From Eledone cirrhosa (Eukaryota), in assembly GCA_964016885.1 (NCBI GenBank), contig OZ024744.1:79236001-79300000 (forward strand): a stretch of 64,000 nucleotides of DNA, written 5' to 3'. Under the pieces are notes generated by a model. The model searched no databases and had not been told where the DNA came from. It was given only the letters and a program-made list of their open reading frames with translations. Made by a program: the position numbers and the translations under genes. This document shows, in pieces, positions 24,687 through 36,812 of this stretch; within the stretch, counting starts at the first letter, position 1, and each line of letters starts with the position of its first letter.

Positions 24687-26267
24687 GTATTTCTTCCTTT
24701 CTTTTAATACCACATGGGGGCTGAGTTCTCAAACACTCCATCCAGCAGGTCCTGTCAGAAGCAACCATCTCCAAACGATCCGGCTGGATCCCCAAGTGAG
24801 ACCAGCCGAGCTCATGGATGTTATCCAACCATCTTGCTCGGGGTCTACCAAAGCGTCTCCTGCCAGTTGGTTTTGCCCATAAAATCTGTCCAGCGAATCT
24901 TCCCTAAGACATTCTAACCACATGCCCATAGTTTCAGAGCTGTGATCTCGCAATTCAGAGAAGAAGCAGCTCTACCTGGAGCAACTCTCTGATCTCCAAG
25001 CTACACACTTTATCAAGTAACATTTAATATAATAAATCTTAAACAGTTCATTGTCAGGCAGTAATGATGTGACTGTGTAAAACATTAAAACCTTGTCACC
25101 ATAGGTACATTTGTCCATTTTTTTCCGTCCCTATGGGTAATTTTCCCGATTTCCTCAACCATTATCTGTAAAGATCCACAGATATTATAGTTAATTTTTT
25201 GTGCTTAGTATTCTCACACTTTCGTATTTCAAACACTTTGATAATTCACTTCTTTCTTTGATAATTCACCTCTTTCTTTTCAAACTAGCCGTAACCGGCT
25301 GTTCATATTGTTGTTAAGGTATTGTTCTCAACATAAATAATATCAAAATCCCATAGATTCAATATTATATGAGATAATTATTTAAGATAAAGCCTTTACC
25401 ATGAAAATATAATAGTATATATAGACTGTAAATTCTAAAGGGTTAAATATACTGTATTTTATTTAATTAATGAAGAATTTTAAGGGATTTACTAAAATTA
25501 TTAATTATTTCCCTTTTAAGATGGTATTTGGAAAATAATAAAACAGTGCAGCTCCCGTGACTTTCGGAAACATTTTTTCACGCTCAGATTTGCTGAAGCA
25601 TAGAACAAACTACCTGCATCAGTTGTTAGCTGTCAGGACACTGCATCCTTCAAAACTTCCATGCTTCCTGAAATTCGCCAACACTACACCTGATATTACC
25701 CCTCTACACACACGCGTGTGTGTGTATGTATTTCATGTCGCACACACTGTTCACTTTCATGGTATTAGTACATTACTCTGTGTACTATACATGCATCTTT
25801 GATGAGTTGTAGTGCACCTGAGCACTGTACACAATAATTTTCATTATTATTATTTTAAGATTCTTATGTCAAATTATGGTGGAAGATTTACATTACTCTA
25901 TATATACTATTGTATTTTTGATTTACATTACTCTATATATACTATTGTATTTTTGTGGTAAAGGCTTTACCTTACATAATTATCTCACATAATATCGAAT
26001 CTATGGAATTTTAATGTTATTTATTTTGAAAGCAATACCTTAACAACAGTATGAGCGGCCAGTTTGAACAGAAAGCGGTAAGAGAATTCTGGCCAGATAC
26101 AGCCGGTTTAAACGCCAAAGGGTTAAATAAGAACCCTTCCAAAGGGGTTAATATTAGATTAGATCTATTGTGATGAAGAACACATGCCAAAATATTATAT
26201 GTTTAATATTTTTGTTATAAAATTTGTAAGTAATTGTTTGTTTTATTTCTTTGGAAAAAAAATGTAG

Positions 26268-26375
26268 GTGCTGAATGTTTACGTGTTGAATTTGATCGCC
26301 TGTGCTCAACAGAACGGCGACATGATCCACTGACTATTATGGACGGATCTGGACGAACAATTTCTATACGATCAG
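26268..26375 (+). CDS. HERC2: HERC2 exon 12: [36 protein letters not shown]
   Basis: atgtag|GT ... CAG|gtactt; 108 nt, phase 1 to 1. Confidence 0.94.
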
Positions 26376-27579
26376 GTACTTTAAAAAAAAACTATACAAA
26401 TTTCATTTCACTAGGCACAAAGTCACTTAGGTGAGGATGTGACAAATTGTAGGACTTTGTTTCTGATTTAAAGCTAAGCTGCCGAGGTTAATTTTGCCTT
26501 TCATCCTTACGGGATCGATAAAATAAAGTATCAGTGACGCACTGGAGTCGATTTAATCAATTTTCCCCTCCCGCAAAATTGTTGACCTTGTGCCTAAATC
26601 TGAAACCTTTATTTCTGATTTAAAGGTTGTGGCATTCATGCCTTTCCAAAGCTTTTTAGCTGTGTAAATGAAGAGGTGAAAGTGTGGATTGCTGATTCAA
26701 TTTGCTTGGATTTCACTTCTAGTAATCATGAGTAGGTGAGTTCTTTAGAAGGGCCAAAGTAAAACGTAATGTGTGTTCTGTAAAATGGAACAGTGCAGAC
26801 CAGCACATGACTCTACACTCTTGGGCAAATGACAAAAGAGGAAGCTCCATTTTAGGTGAGGAAAATGGGAAGTGTAATGTTTATATTAGTAAAAACTCAT
26901 TAATTGGAATAGTATTAGAGTTTAGGTTGTGAATTGGCAGTCATTAGAGTATCAGATTAAATGTCTAGGTATTTGTGTGGGAACTCAGAGTTCAAATGCT
27001 ACCTTTGCCAAGCATTTTTTATAGGATCAGTAAACAAAAAAATCAGCTCATGGGCAGAATTATTTAAGAGTCAAACAGGAGGGTTTGCAGTGTCTGTTCC
27101 AGCTCTGTGGAATCTTGATTTCAAATCTTCTCACCTCGTGTCACTGGAAAAATTGTGACATTACTGCCAGTAATTGCACTGAACAGGTAGTATCAGTATC
27201 TACCCCAGTTTTGAAATCAGAGTGAACCTTTTCTTAGACACACTGCCAACCAAAGCTAACAAGCTGTGTCTACCCGTATTAGATGGCCATTGACTCTCCT
27301 GGGTTCCTCTACTCTTTGTCAGGTCATCTTTATCATCTTACAGGCTATCCAAAAATTACCCTCCTCATGAAGCAAGATTCGTAAGGTTGCCAGTTTAGTC
27401 ATTGATGACCTGGACATGTAACAGGTTGTAATGGATTACATGTTACCCGTGGCACTCGAGAACAACCTGATCATAAATAATGTAGCAGAAACCAAATTAT
27501 TATTCCTTGGTGTATTTTGTTGATTTCCACTTTGAAATGATCAGGTTTTTTATTCTCCTATTTTTTTTTTAAATTTCAG

Positions 27580-27870
27580 GCAGAGAATGGAGTGATTGGT
27601 CAATGGAACTGAGAATTCCTGGAGATGAACTCCGATGGAAGTTTACCAGTGATGGTTCCGTTAATGGTTGGGGATGGAGATTCACTGTTTATCCAATTAT
27701 GCCAACTGCAGCACCAATGGACATGTTGACTGACAGAACAGTTCTCTCCCGGCCTTCCATAGATCTTGTCATTTGTCTTCTTGACTTGGAACTGGATGCT
27801 AGTTCTGATTGCAGCATTGTACCTAGACTAGCTGCTGCTTTGGCAGCTTGTGCTCAACTGAGCTCTTTAG
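27580..27870 (+). CDS. HERC2: HERC2 exon 13: [22 protein letters not shown]...AACAQLSSL
   Basis: tttcag|GC ... TAG|gtaagt; 291 nt, phase 1 to 1. Confidence 0.96.
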
Positions 27871-28569
27871 GTAAGTACATCTCTTCAGCTTGTAGTTTTC
27901 TTTTAATCCTTTTTTCTTATCATGTTTCTAATGAAAGACACTGTGGTTTTCAAATAACTTTGAAAATAATCAAGTATTTGGAAAGATTTAGTAATGAGTC
28001 TTCTCATTATTAAGCAGGTGTTAGGAACATAACTTAAAGGTTCTTATATAAATTTATGATGGAAGTTTTTAGATAAATTTAAATACTTTAACCCTTTCAT
28101 TAACATATGTCTAACGAAAGACACTGTCTATAATCTTCTTCTTCGTCCACATACTCCTGAGAGGGTCATGTTGGAAAAAATCCTCAAATACTCCTTCCAA
28201 TGGGTTCTGTCACAAGCAACTATCTCCAACTGGTCTGGCTGGATCCCCAAGTGAGACCAGCCGAGCTCATGGATGTTATCCAACCATCTTGCTCGGAGTC
28301 TACCCCTGGGTCTCCTGCTTGTTGGTTTTTGCCCGTAAAATCTGTCCAGCAATTCTTTCCTGAGACATTCTAACCACATGCCCGTAATATCAGATTTTCA
28401 AATAATTTTGAAAATAATCAAGAATGTGGATGGGTTTAATAATATAACTAACTTTCCCATTATTAAGCTGGTATTTGGAACATAACAAAAGGTTCTAAAT
28501 TTTTAGTACAGATCTTCATTCATGGAAGCAACATTCCACTAAACACATTTTCTTTCTTTAACATTGCAG

Positions 28570-28712
28570 GTGCACAGCAGAGAATGTGGGCTCTGCAAAA
28601 GCTTCGAAAGATCATGGCAGTCAATTATGGGGTTAATTTGAATGTCAACACTCTTATTTCCAGTCCTACAACTGATTCACCTGATCAAGAAACCTCTAGA
28701 ACCCCAACAATG
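28570..28712 (+). CDS. HERC2: HERC2 exon 14: GAQQRMWALQKLRKIM...SRTPTM
   Basis: ttgcag|GT ... ATG|gtagtt; 143 nt, phase 1 to 0. Confidence 0.9.
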
Positions 28713-29872
28713 GTAGTTATTACATTTCAGTTTGTGTTTGTATGTCTGTGTATGCCTCCATGTGTGTGTAAGTGTGTTTGTGCATGTGTGTGCATATGTG
28801 CAAGTGTGTATTTGCATATGTGTGTGTGTGCACATATGCTTGTGTGGTGGTGGTAATGGTAGTGATGGTGGCAGTAGTAGTATTACCATGGAGTTGGCAC
28901 CGAAAATGACTTGACCAGAAAGCATTTTGTTTTTGTTGTTTAGCCCCAGTTCAACTCTAATCGAATAGACCTATGATGCACAATGTGCAAAACTTGACCA
29001 ACTACTGTTGAGTCCCAAATAAGTGTTGGGGGCAGTGGGGGAAAATCAGTAATTTTACTAGATTGTCTCCATTGATCTTTTTAAAAACCAGAATAATTAG
29101 TGGTTTAGCTTACATATTGAAATCCCAACCTATTCTATTTATTTTATGATGTATGGGATTTCTAGTAATGTAGCGAATTAATTGTCGCAGGAATGCTACC
29201 TCTTAAAATAAAATTTTGCTGGAGATAAATTAGCAAAATTTAATAAGCGGCGGGGTTGGAAAAAATCTTTTAAAAAAAATAACACAATAAAACAAATTAA
29301 TTGATATATTCAAAATTAGTTGATATACTCAAAAATGAGAAACTTTGATTTCTACTTATTTTATTGATCGATGTTGTAAGGCAAAGCAGAAAATGCGTTA
29401 TAAAGGGATGTACATTGTGCAGTGAAGGCACATAACTTAGTGATTAGAGCATTGGGCTGGCAATCCTGAGGTTGTTGGTTCGATTCCTGGACTGGGTGAT
29501 GCATTGTGACCTTGAGCAAGACACTTTATTTCATGTTGCTCCAGTTTACTCAGCTATAGAAATGAGTTGTAATGTCATTAATGTTGAGCTGTATTGGCCA
29601 TTGCCTTGGACCACATCAGTGGCGTGGAGAGGGAAGACTGATATGGGCAACTGCTGGTCTTCCACAAACAACCTTGCTCGGATATGTGCCTCAGAGGGAA
29701 ACTTTCTAGGTGCAGATCCCATGATCACTTGTGACCGAAGAAGGTCTTTTCCCTTTACTTTGCACGGCACTAAGTACAAGAGGGTATTACTGGAAACCTT
29801 AATCATAGTCTACAATTTCCTTTGTCTGTTGCATCAATTATTATTTATTGTTTCTCTTTTAATCTCTTGTAG

Positions 29873-29998
29873 TCCCTCAGTGGAACAGCCCTTGCTTCAC
29901 TTGTGAAAGGGTTACCTGAAGCTTTACAACGGCAGTATGAATATGAAGATCCTATAGTACGCAGTGGTAAACATCTTATGCATAGTCCATTCTTCAAG
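29873..29998 (+). CDS. HERC2: HERC2 exon 15: SLSGTALASLVKGLPEALQRQYEYEDPIVRSGKHLMHSPFFK
   Basis: ttgtag|TCC ... AAG|gtgagc; 126 nt, phase 0 to 0. Confidence 0.94.
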
Positions 29999-30469
29999 GT
30001 GAGCTGATTATATTCTTTTGTTATTTTACTTGTTTCAGTCAGCAGACTGTGGTCATGCTGGAGCACTGCCTTGATCTACTCAATCATATCGATGCCAGGA
30101 CTTTCTTTATCAAGCCTGATACTTATTTTACTGGGATTTTTTTTTGTTTTTTGTTGTTGTTGTTGTTGTTGTTGTTGCCGAAGCACTATATTACAGAACA
30201 TAAACATAGACATGTATGGGTGGACACATACATAATGTTAGTTAGGTGTCTAACAACTGTTATAGGTGGTGCACCGTTCTAAACACTCAATGCTGTTACA
30301 AGGTCTGTTTCGTTTAGGTTGTATTCCTAGGAATGTAAATAGATTTAAAAGAATCAAAGTCAGTGTTGTAGCATATGTCCAAACTTTATTTGCATATTAC
30401 AATTGTTTCGATATCAATCAATTCAGGGTACAATCAAGGAGATGGGGCCCAACTCTTTTTTGACATCTC

Positions 30470-31208
30470 GTCAGGTATGTGTAACTGAACTAAGAGAGAA
30501 ATTAGGCATACGAGGGACCAGATGCAGTATACTAGAGAGGAGATTGTGTTGGCATGGTCATATGATGCATATCAAGGACGACGGTTGTATAAAAAGGTGC
30601 AGGATGATCAAAATTGATGGAAACTATGGATTAGAAAGACCTAGGAAGACCTGGGATAAGATGATAAAAGCTGACTTTGTGCAATTGCACAAGATCGAGA
30701 TCTTTGGCATTATACAGTAATACAGAAGACATGCCCTCTCATGTACATTAACTCAAAAACACATCTTGTATGCACCTCTCAATCACTGTACTCCCTTCCA
30801 TACAACCTCACACCCCTACACCCACCCTCCCACTCCAGTCCACACCATCCATACACTGTAAAGTTAAGTTGGTATCACAAAAAGCACCCAGTCCATACTG
30901 TAAAGTGGTTGTGTAGGTGTCACAACAAAAAGCACCCAGTCCACACTATAAAGTGGTTGTGAGGGTGTCACAACAAAAAAGCACCCAGTCCACACTGAAA
31001 AGTGGTCATTTTGGTGCCATGATAAAAAGTACCCAGCGCACACTGTAAATGTGGTTGGCACTAGGAAGGGCATCCAGCCATAGAAATTTAGCCAGAAACA
31101 GTTCTATATGAGCAGGACATGGCCACCAGATCTAACTTGCCTCAAATGAGACAACTCGTTTAACCCATGCTAGCATGGAAAGTTGACATTAAACGATGAT
31201 GATGATGA
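30470..31208 (+). mobile_element. RTE-X-like LINE 3' end with repeat-containing 3'UTR (related pieces: 2170-2530, 45400-45930, 53560-54340, all minus)
   Basis: ELREKLGIR...RRLCWHGHMMH...RPRKTWDKMIK, followed by the same 3'UTR as the 47878 copy and a (GAT)n tail. Confidence 0.82.
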
Positions 31209-31249
31209 TATGTACAAAGACACACCTAAACTGTTGACAGAGGTCCCGA

Positions 31250-32215
31250 GATCTGTTTATATACACTTTGTGCTAACTCTGACTAGGATAATTTGATATC
31301 TTCTTCCCTGCCTATCTTTCTCGCACATGACACCCAGTTCATCCAATTCAATATCAAACTACTACACTACTACTCTTCCATATCCCCAATACTTATGAAC
31401 AAGGTTCTAATCATGGCTATGAGTAATTCTAGATTAACTTGAGGGGAAGTAGACCTAATCTTAGCAGCTAGATAAATGCTCATAGAGTTCAAGGGCAAAC
31501 TCTGGGAGCACAAAGACTGACCTGACAACTTTGATATAACTATGGGCTCTAGCGGCTCTGTGCAGGTCACCGACTTAGTGGGAGTTTACCTCCTACATAA
31601 ACAGTGGGTGGATATTCCCAGTATTGGGAGCAGATTGTACAGAGACGACACCATCTTTACTTTCTAGAGACTAAATGACAGCCAACCAGATAGGAAGAGA
31701 TTAAGACATTTTTTAAAACAATATGGACTGACTTTAGGATTTGATCCCAACACTAGGACAGCCAACTTCCTTTGAGAAAAAACAGGTCAGTCAAGTCACC
31801 ACCTCTTGGAAAACTGTTGAATCTGGTGTTGGTGTATAAGAAAATCAGTTGGTCTTACAAACAACACTCACACATGCATACACTCTATATACAAAACAAT
31901 CTTTACCGTTTCAGCTAGATGTGTTTGATCACCACCTTTTAAAACAACTAATTTTCTTATACACCAACGCCAGATTCAACAGTTTTCCAAAGGATGGTGA
32001 CTTGAATAGACCTGTTTTTTCTCAAAGGAATTTTTTTGTCGTTTCTGCCACTGCTCACTCTCCTCTATCTTTCTATTTCTTCTTTGGTTTCTCATTCTAT
32101 TTTCTGATGAAACGCAAGCGTCTGAAACGTAAAAACTATTTTCCTACTGTATCAAGCGTAAAACTAATATATTTTTTTCATTGTAGAGTTTTGTTATTTC
32201 TGTTTCTTTTGCATA
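31250..32215 (+). mobile_element. Penelope-like retroelement remnant (degenerate RT plus pLTR-like 3' end)
   Basis: FIQFNI..YSSIS..LMNKVL, FDITMGS..S.QVTDLVGVYLL and LYRDD at ~31340-31655 match Penelope-type RT motifs; in-frame stops; hammerhead-like motif at 32100. Confidence 0.78.
32100..32135 (+). ncRNA. Hammerhead ribozyme-like motif, weak stems
   Basis: TTTT-CTGATGA-AACGCAAGCGTCT-GAAA-CGTA-AAAA; downstream flank homologous to that of the 33601 motif. Confidence 0.55.
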
Positions 32216-33600
32216 TATATGTGTATATATCATTGTCGTCAACATCATTTAATATTCACCAGCACTAGAGAGGTTGTTATATCCTTGACACAACTGAAGG
32301 GTCCTCCTAACCCATTGTTTGGCAAGTTTCTTATGTCTTGATTGTCACTATGCCTTTTCTGTCACCAGCCACTTTACTATGTATTTTTAATAACTAGAAT
32401 GTGTTTCAAGATGTTGACGTGTGTATGAATATGTTATTGTAAATGCGCAAACACAGACACGCTTACAAAAATAAGTCACTCAAATTTATATATAGATTGT
32501 ACAGTGTATAGATTGTAAAGATTGTATAAATTGTATATATTGAAGTGTAGTGAATGTTAGATGCTGTTTTCTATAGTTTATCACCACCCCTTCCTTTCTC
32601 AGTCATCTCTAGTGCGTGATGTCATCACCCCTTCCTTCTTGGTCATCTCTAGTGTGTGATGGAAGGACAGACAGGCGAAATTCACTCAAATTTATATATA
32701 AATCATCATTTTCCATCTCGAGAGCAATGGATTGGTAGAGTCATTACAATATCAGACTTAGCAGTATTTGTTCTCGCTCTTTATATTCTGAGATTGAAAA
32801 CTGTTGAGGTCAATTTTACTTTTCATCCTTCCAAGGTTTAGATTGGGTAGGTGTGGGGTGGGGGTAGGTCGATAAAATAAAGTACCAGTAAATAACTACA
32901 GTTGGTATAATGAACTTTGTCCTCTCCACAATTTGCTGGCCTTGAGCCTAAAGTAGAAATCATTGCCTTTCATCCTTACGGGGTCGATAAAATAAAGTAC
33001 CAGTAATGCAATGGGTAATTGCTGGCCTTGTGCCTAAAGTAGAAACAGTTATTATACATATTGAGTCTTAATTTTAAATTTGGACTTTCAACTGTTAGAA
33101 CTAAAATTATGTGTGTATGCGTGTGCTTTGTCAGTAAATTCATCAAAGTATTCATTCAGTTTACAGGTTAAGTGAGACATCGGGACTCTGTACTATATCT
33201 CTTGCTATTCATTATAGTGCTTAACCTTTTTGATACCAAACCACTCCTGGTTTTATGACACGAAACTATTTATCCTAAAGTTTTTATATTTATTGAAAAA
33301 AATCTTCCATTATAATTTCATGAAAGAAGCTTTCAGTTATGTTCCAAACATCAGGTAAATAAGAAAGCTAGTTATATTACTCCAAATTCTAAATTATTTT
33401 CAAAATGATTAGAAAATCATAAGTGGTGTCTTTTATTAGAAATATCTTCTTCGCCCACTTACTTCTAATATTTGCACAAGGCTCAATTAGGAAAAGCAGA
33501 AAGTACTTGTCTGGTACCATATGTACTTGAATATAAGCCGAGGAATATGTGGTAATTGAAGAAATATATTAGTTTAATGCTTGAAATAGCAGGAAAAGAG

Positions 33601-33636
33601 TCTTAACGTTTCGGACACTAGTCCTTCATCAGAAGA
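33601..33636 (-). ncRNA. Minimal type-I hammerhead ribozyme motif (Penelope pLTR type)
   Basis: Minus strand: TCTT-CTGATGA-A-GGAC-TAGT-GTCC-GAAA-CGTT-AAGA; stem I TCTT/AAGA, stem II GGAC/GTCC, loopless palindromic stem III. Confidence 0.75.
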
Positions 33637-36109
33637 TAAATAGAAAGATAAAGAGCTATGCGAAATAAAGTGTCTTGCTCAAGAACACAATCTTGCTCGA
33701 ACTCACAATCTCATGATTGTAAGCCTGACGCTCTAAGCACTAAGCCATGCACCTTCACTTATAACACATAAAATGCCATATTGATCTTTAATAGTTGGTG
33801 GTTGTTTCTAATTAAACCATATAATTTTCTGCAGTATCATCTAGGAGTAATAAAAGGGTTAAAACAATAACATAAGGTCATGATTGGATGTCTTTGATAA
33901 GTTATGTTACATTTATGACATGATTCCAATTGCCAAATCTCTTGAACTGCAGAAAAGGTTTCAGATTTAAAAATATAAAAATCAACAGTATCAGTCCAAA
34001 ATATTAGTTCTTAACATCTTGTATCACATGAAAGGGGCTGTGGGTGGGCCCCATAATATGAATATTATGGGTATATTTTTATATCTGAATATCTAACAGT
34101 AAGAGTCTTGTGTCTAAGTATCATTTATTGACTTAATATTTACAATGATTCAAAATATTTTTCTACTGTCTAAATTAGCTACTGCTGCTGTTGCTATATA
34201 TATCGCGAAATAAGAAACAATTTAATAAATTGACATTTTGTCAATGAAACCACATTAAATCTTAACATCATGTACTACATGAAACCACATTATACACTTA
34301 ACATCTGGTACTACATGAAACCACATTAGGTCTTGACATTCTGTACCACATTAAACCACATGAGCTTTTAACTTCCTGAACCACATGAAACTACAATAAC
34401 TGCATTAGCTCTTAACATCATGTATCACATGAAACGTTATTAACAAAACTTTCTTGAAAAGTACAAATCAGCATTATGTCTATTTTATTTTACAGCCGAA
34501 TTTCACAACAATCTGTCCACTAGTAAAGATACTATAAACGTTTAAATTTACAAACCAATTTTTAGATATGCTATTTGGAAAATGAACTTGCTAGATGTGT
34601 AAGTTGGATGAATGTAAAAACGAGTAGCTTAACAGAGAAGGACTACTGGAGTAGTCATGAGTAGAAGCACTTCTGAGGTCTTTATGGTTTTCAGCTACCT
34701 TATTTGGTATTTTGATAAATGCTTAAAAGGGTTAAGAAAATATAATAACAAGTTATCCAATTCTTTTTTCATACCGATTCATGGCGGACTTTAGAACATG
34801 TAAAAAAATTTGGAGGCACTTTGTATATAAATTCGGAAATGTATTCAAGAGGTATTTTTGAGAATACATATTCGCATATTATAAAGTAGAAATATAGATA
34901 ACTAGAATTTTTTTCCATATGTTGATGCGTATGTGTATGTGTGTGTGTGCATGTGTGTATGTGCATATGGATACATTTATATGTATGATTATATAAATAT
35001 AAAAGTGCAAACAGACACAAAAATACACTCACAGACATACATTCACAGAAACACATGGCATAGTTTTTTCACTATCCTTTTCCTTCCTTTTATACACACA
35101 TATATGCATGCAGGCAGCAGACGTACAGAGAGGGGAGTAGTATGAGGAGGTCAAACTACTCCTTTCTCTTTACGTGTTGACAGAATCGCAGAAATTTATA
35201 TATAGGTTAAAAATACAAAGAATTATTCGTACTTCAATACTTTAGTCAATAAATGAGGCAAATTTATCAATGAGAGACACGTGCTTAGCTCCATTCTAAA
35301 TTTAGTTGCTTCTCATTTTGACAATTGGTATATATGAATTTTATCACAAATTTCAATATTTGTATTTTTCACATTTTGAAAAAGAATCTTGTTCTTCCAC
35401 TGCATGCATCTCACAACACACTAATGCGCTATGGAGCACATTTTGGGAACTACAAGTTCAAAGAGTTTATTTTATTAGCAACAAAATTCTTTCTCTCTAG
35501 TATTGAGGCAAGTCAATATGCTCGCAGCATTATCATGCATGATGGCGAGGGTAAGGCGCTGAACCAACCAGGCACCCTCACAGGCATCACCTGACACTTT
35601 AGTAAGGTGAACTGATCGGCCACACATCGCAAGGGTCAACGGAATATTTTGAGGCAAGTCAATATGCTCACAGCATGAAATAAGCAGGCACCATCATGGG
35701 CATCACTTGACATTTCATTAAGGCGAGCCGCCAGCGACCCAACCCCGTCAAACGTCACGAACGCCACAGCCTAGAAAAATAAGTTAAAGTACTCATGTTT
35801 AAATTTAAACCTTCTATTATAGTTTGTTGTAAGAACTTTTTCTTAAGTTATGCTCTAAACACCAAATTAATAGCGAGAAAGTTAGTTATATTACTAAATA
35901 CCTCCAGGTCTTTGACTATTAAAAAAATATATATAATTAAAAATCATAAATAGTGTCTTTCATTAGATATATGGCAACGAACGGGTTAACGAATGTATAA
36001 GTAGTGTGGTATATGGCTGGTTGTAAGTGTCAATTGTCTTTGAATGAGAAAGATCTGTAGAACCGCCACGTGGAATTAGAAATATACCAAATGTATGGTT
36101 TAACGTGTA

Positions 36110-36320
36110 CTAGCAGAATGGCCCGGCGTTGCTTGGGATTCTAAACATTTCCTGGCAATGAACAGAAAATAGCAAAGATAATACGTCAGCAATGGAAACA
36201 ATATTTGCTCTAGGGTTCTTATATATTTGATATATATTTATCCTTATCGAGCCTCATGAAATAAATACGTTTGTTTATATTTTGTTGTTGTATATGCAAA
36301 AATATCTGTACACGAATATA

Positions 36321-36356
<36 letters not shown>

Positions 36357-36812
36357 TAACAGATTAGAGTTTAAGCAAATAATCGCTGCATTCACCCTTA
36401 ACGGGATCTTCTGAAACTAAAAAAATAATTCTGTGAATGCAGAAGTAAATATTTCGAAAAACGTTACACACCATATATATATACACACACTATATATATA
36501 CATATATACACACACACATATAGCGAAGTCAATGTTTTCATAATGTCGTAATGCAGACATACAGACAGATATTATGAGGGCGCGACGTTATAGCTATGTA
36601 TCTATCTAAAAAGACAGACTAAGAAAGAGAGAGAGATCGCTAACCGGCGCCTAATGCGGTCCCTAGGGCATTGAAAATTTGAAATATTTTTTGCTCAAAA
36701 CACTCCCACGACCATAAGTATTACATGTGTAAAGCTTGAAAAAAATCGGTTGAGTGCTTCTTGAGTTTTAGGGAGTCAGACAGACAGACATTCTCTGTTT
36801 TAGATATATAGA
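36110..36812 (-). mobile_element. Non-autonomous Helitron
   Basis: Minus strand starts A|TCTATATATC..(TGTC)n and ends with a GC hairpin CCCAAGCAACGCCGGG then CTAG|T; no TSD. Confidence 0.8.

Noticed and set aside
26630-26860. Possible CR1-like LINE C-terminal remnant on the minus strand
   Set aside because: Similarity is too faint to support without a profile search.
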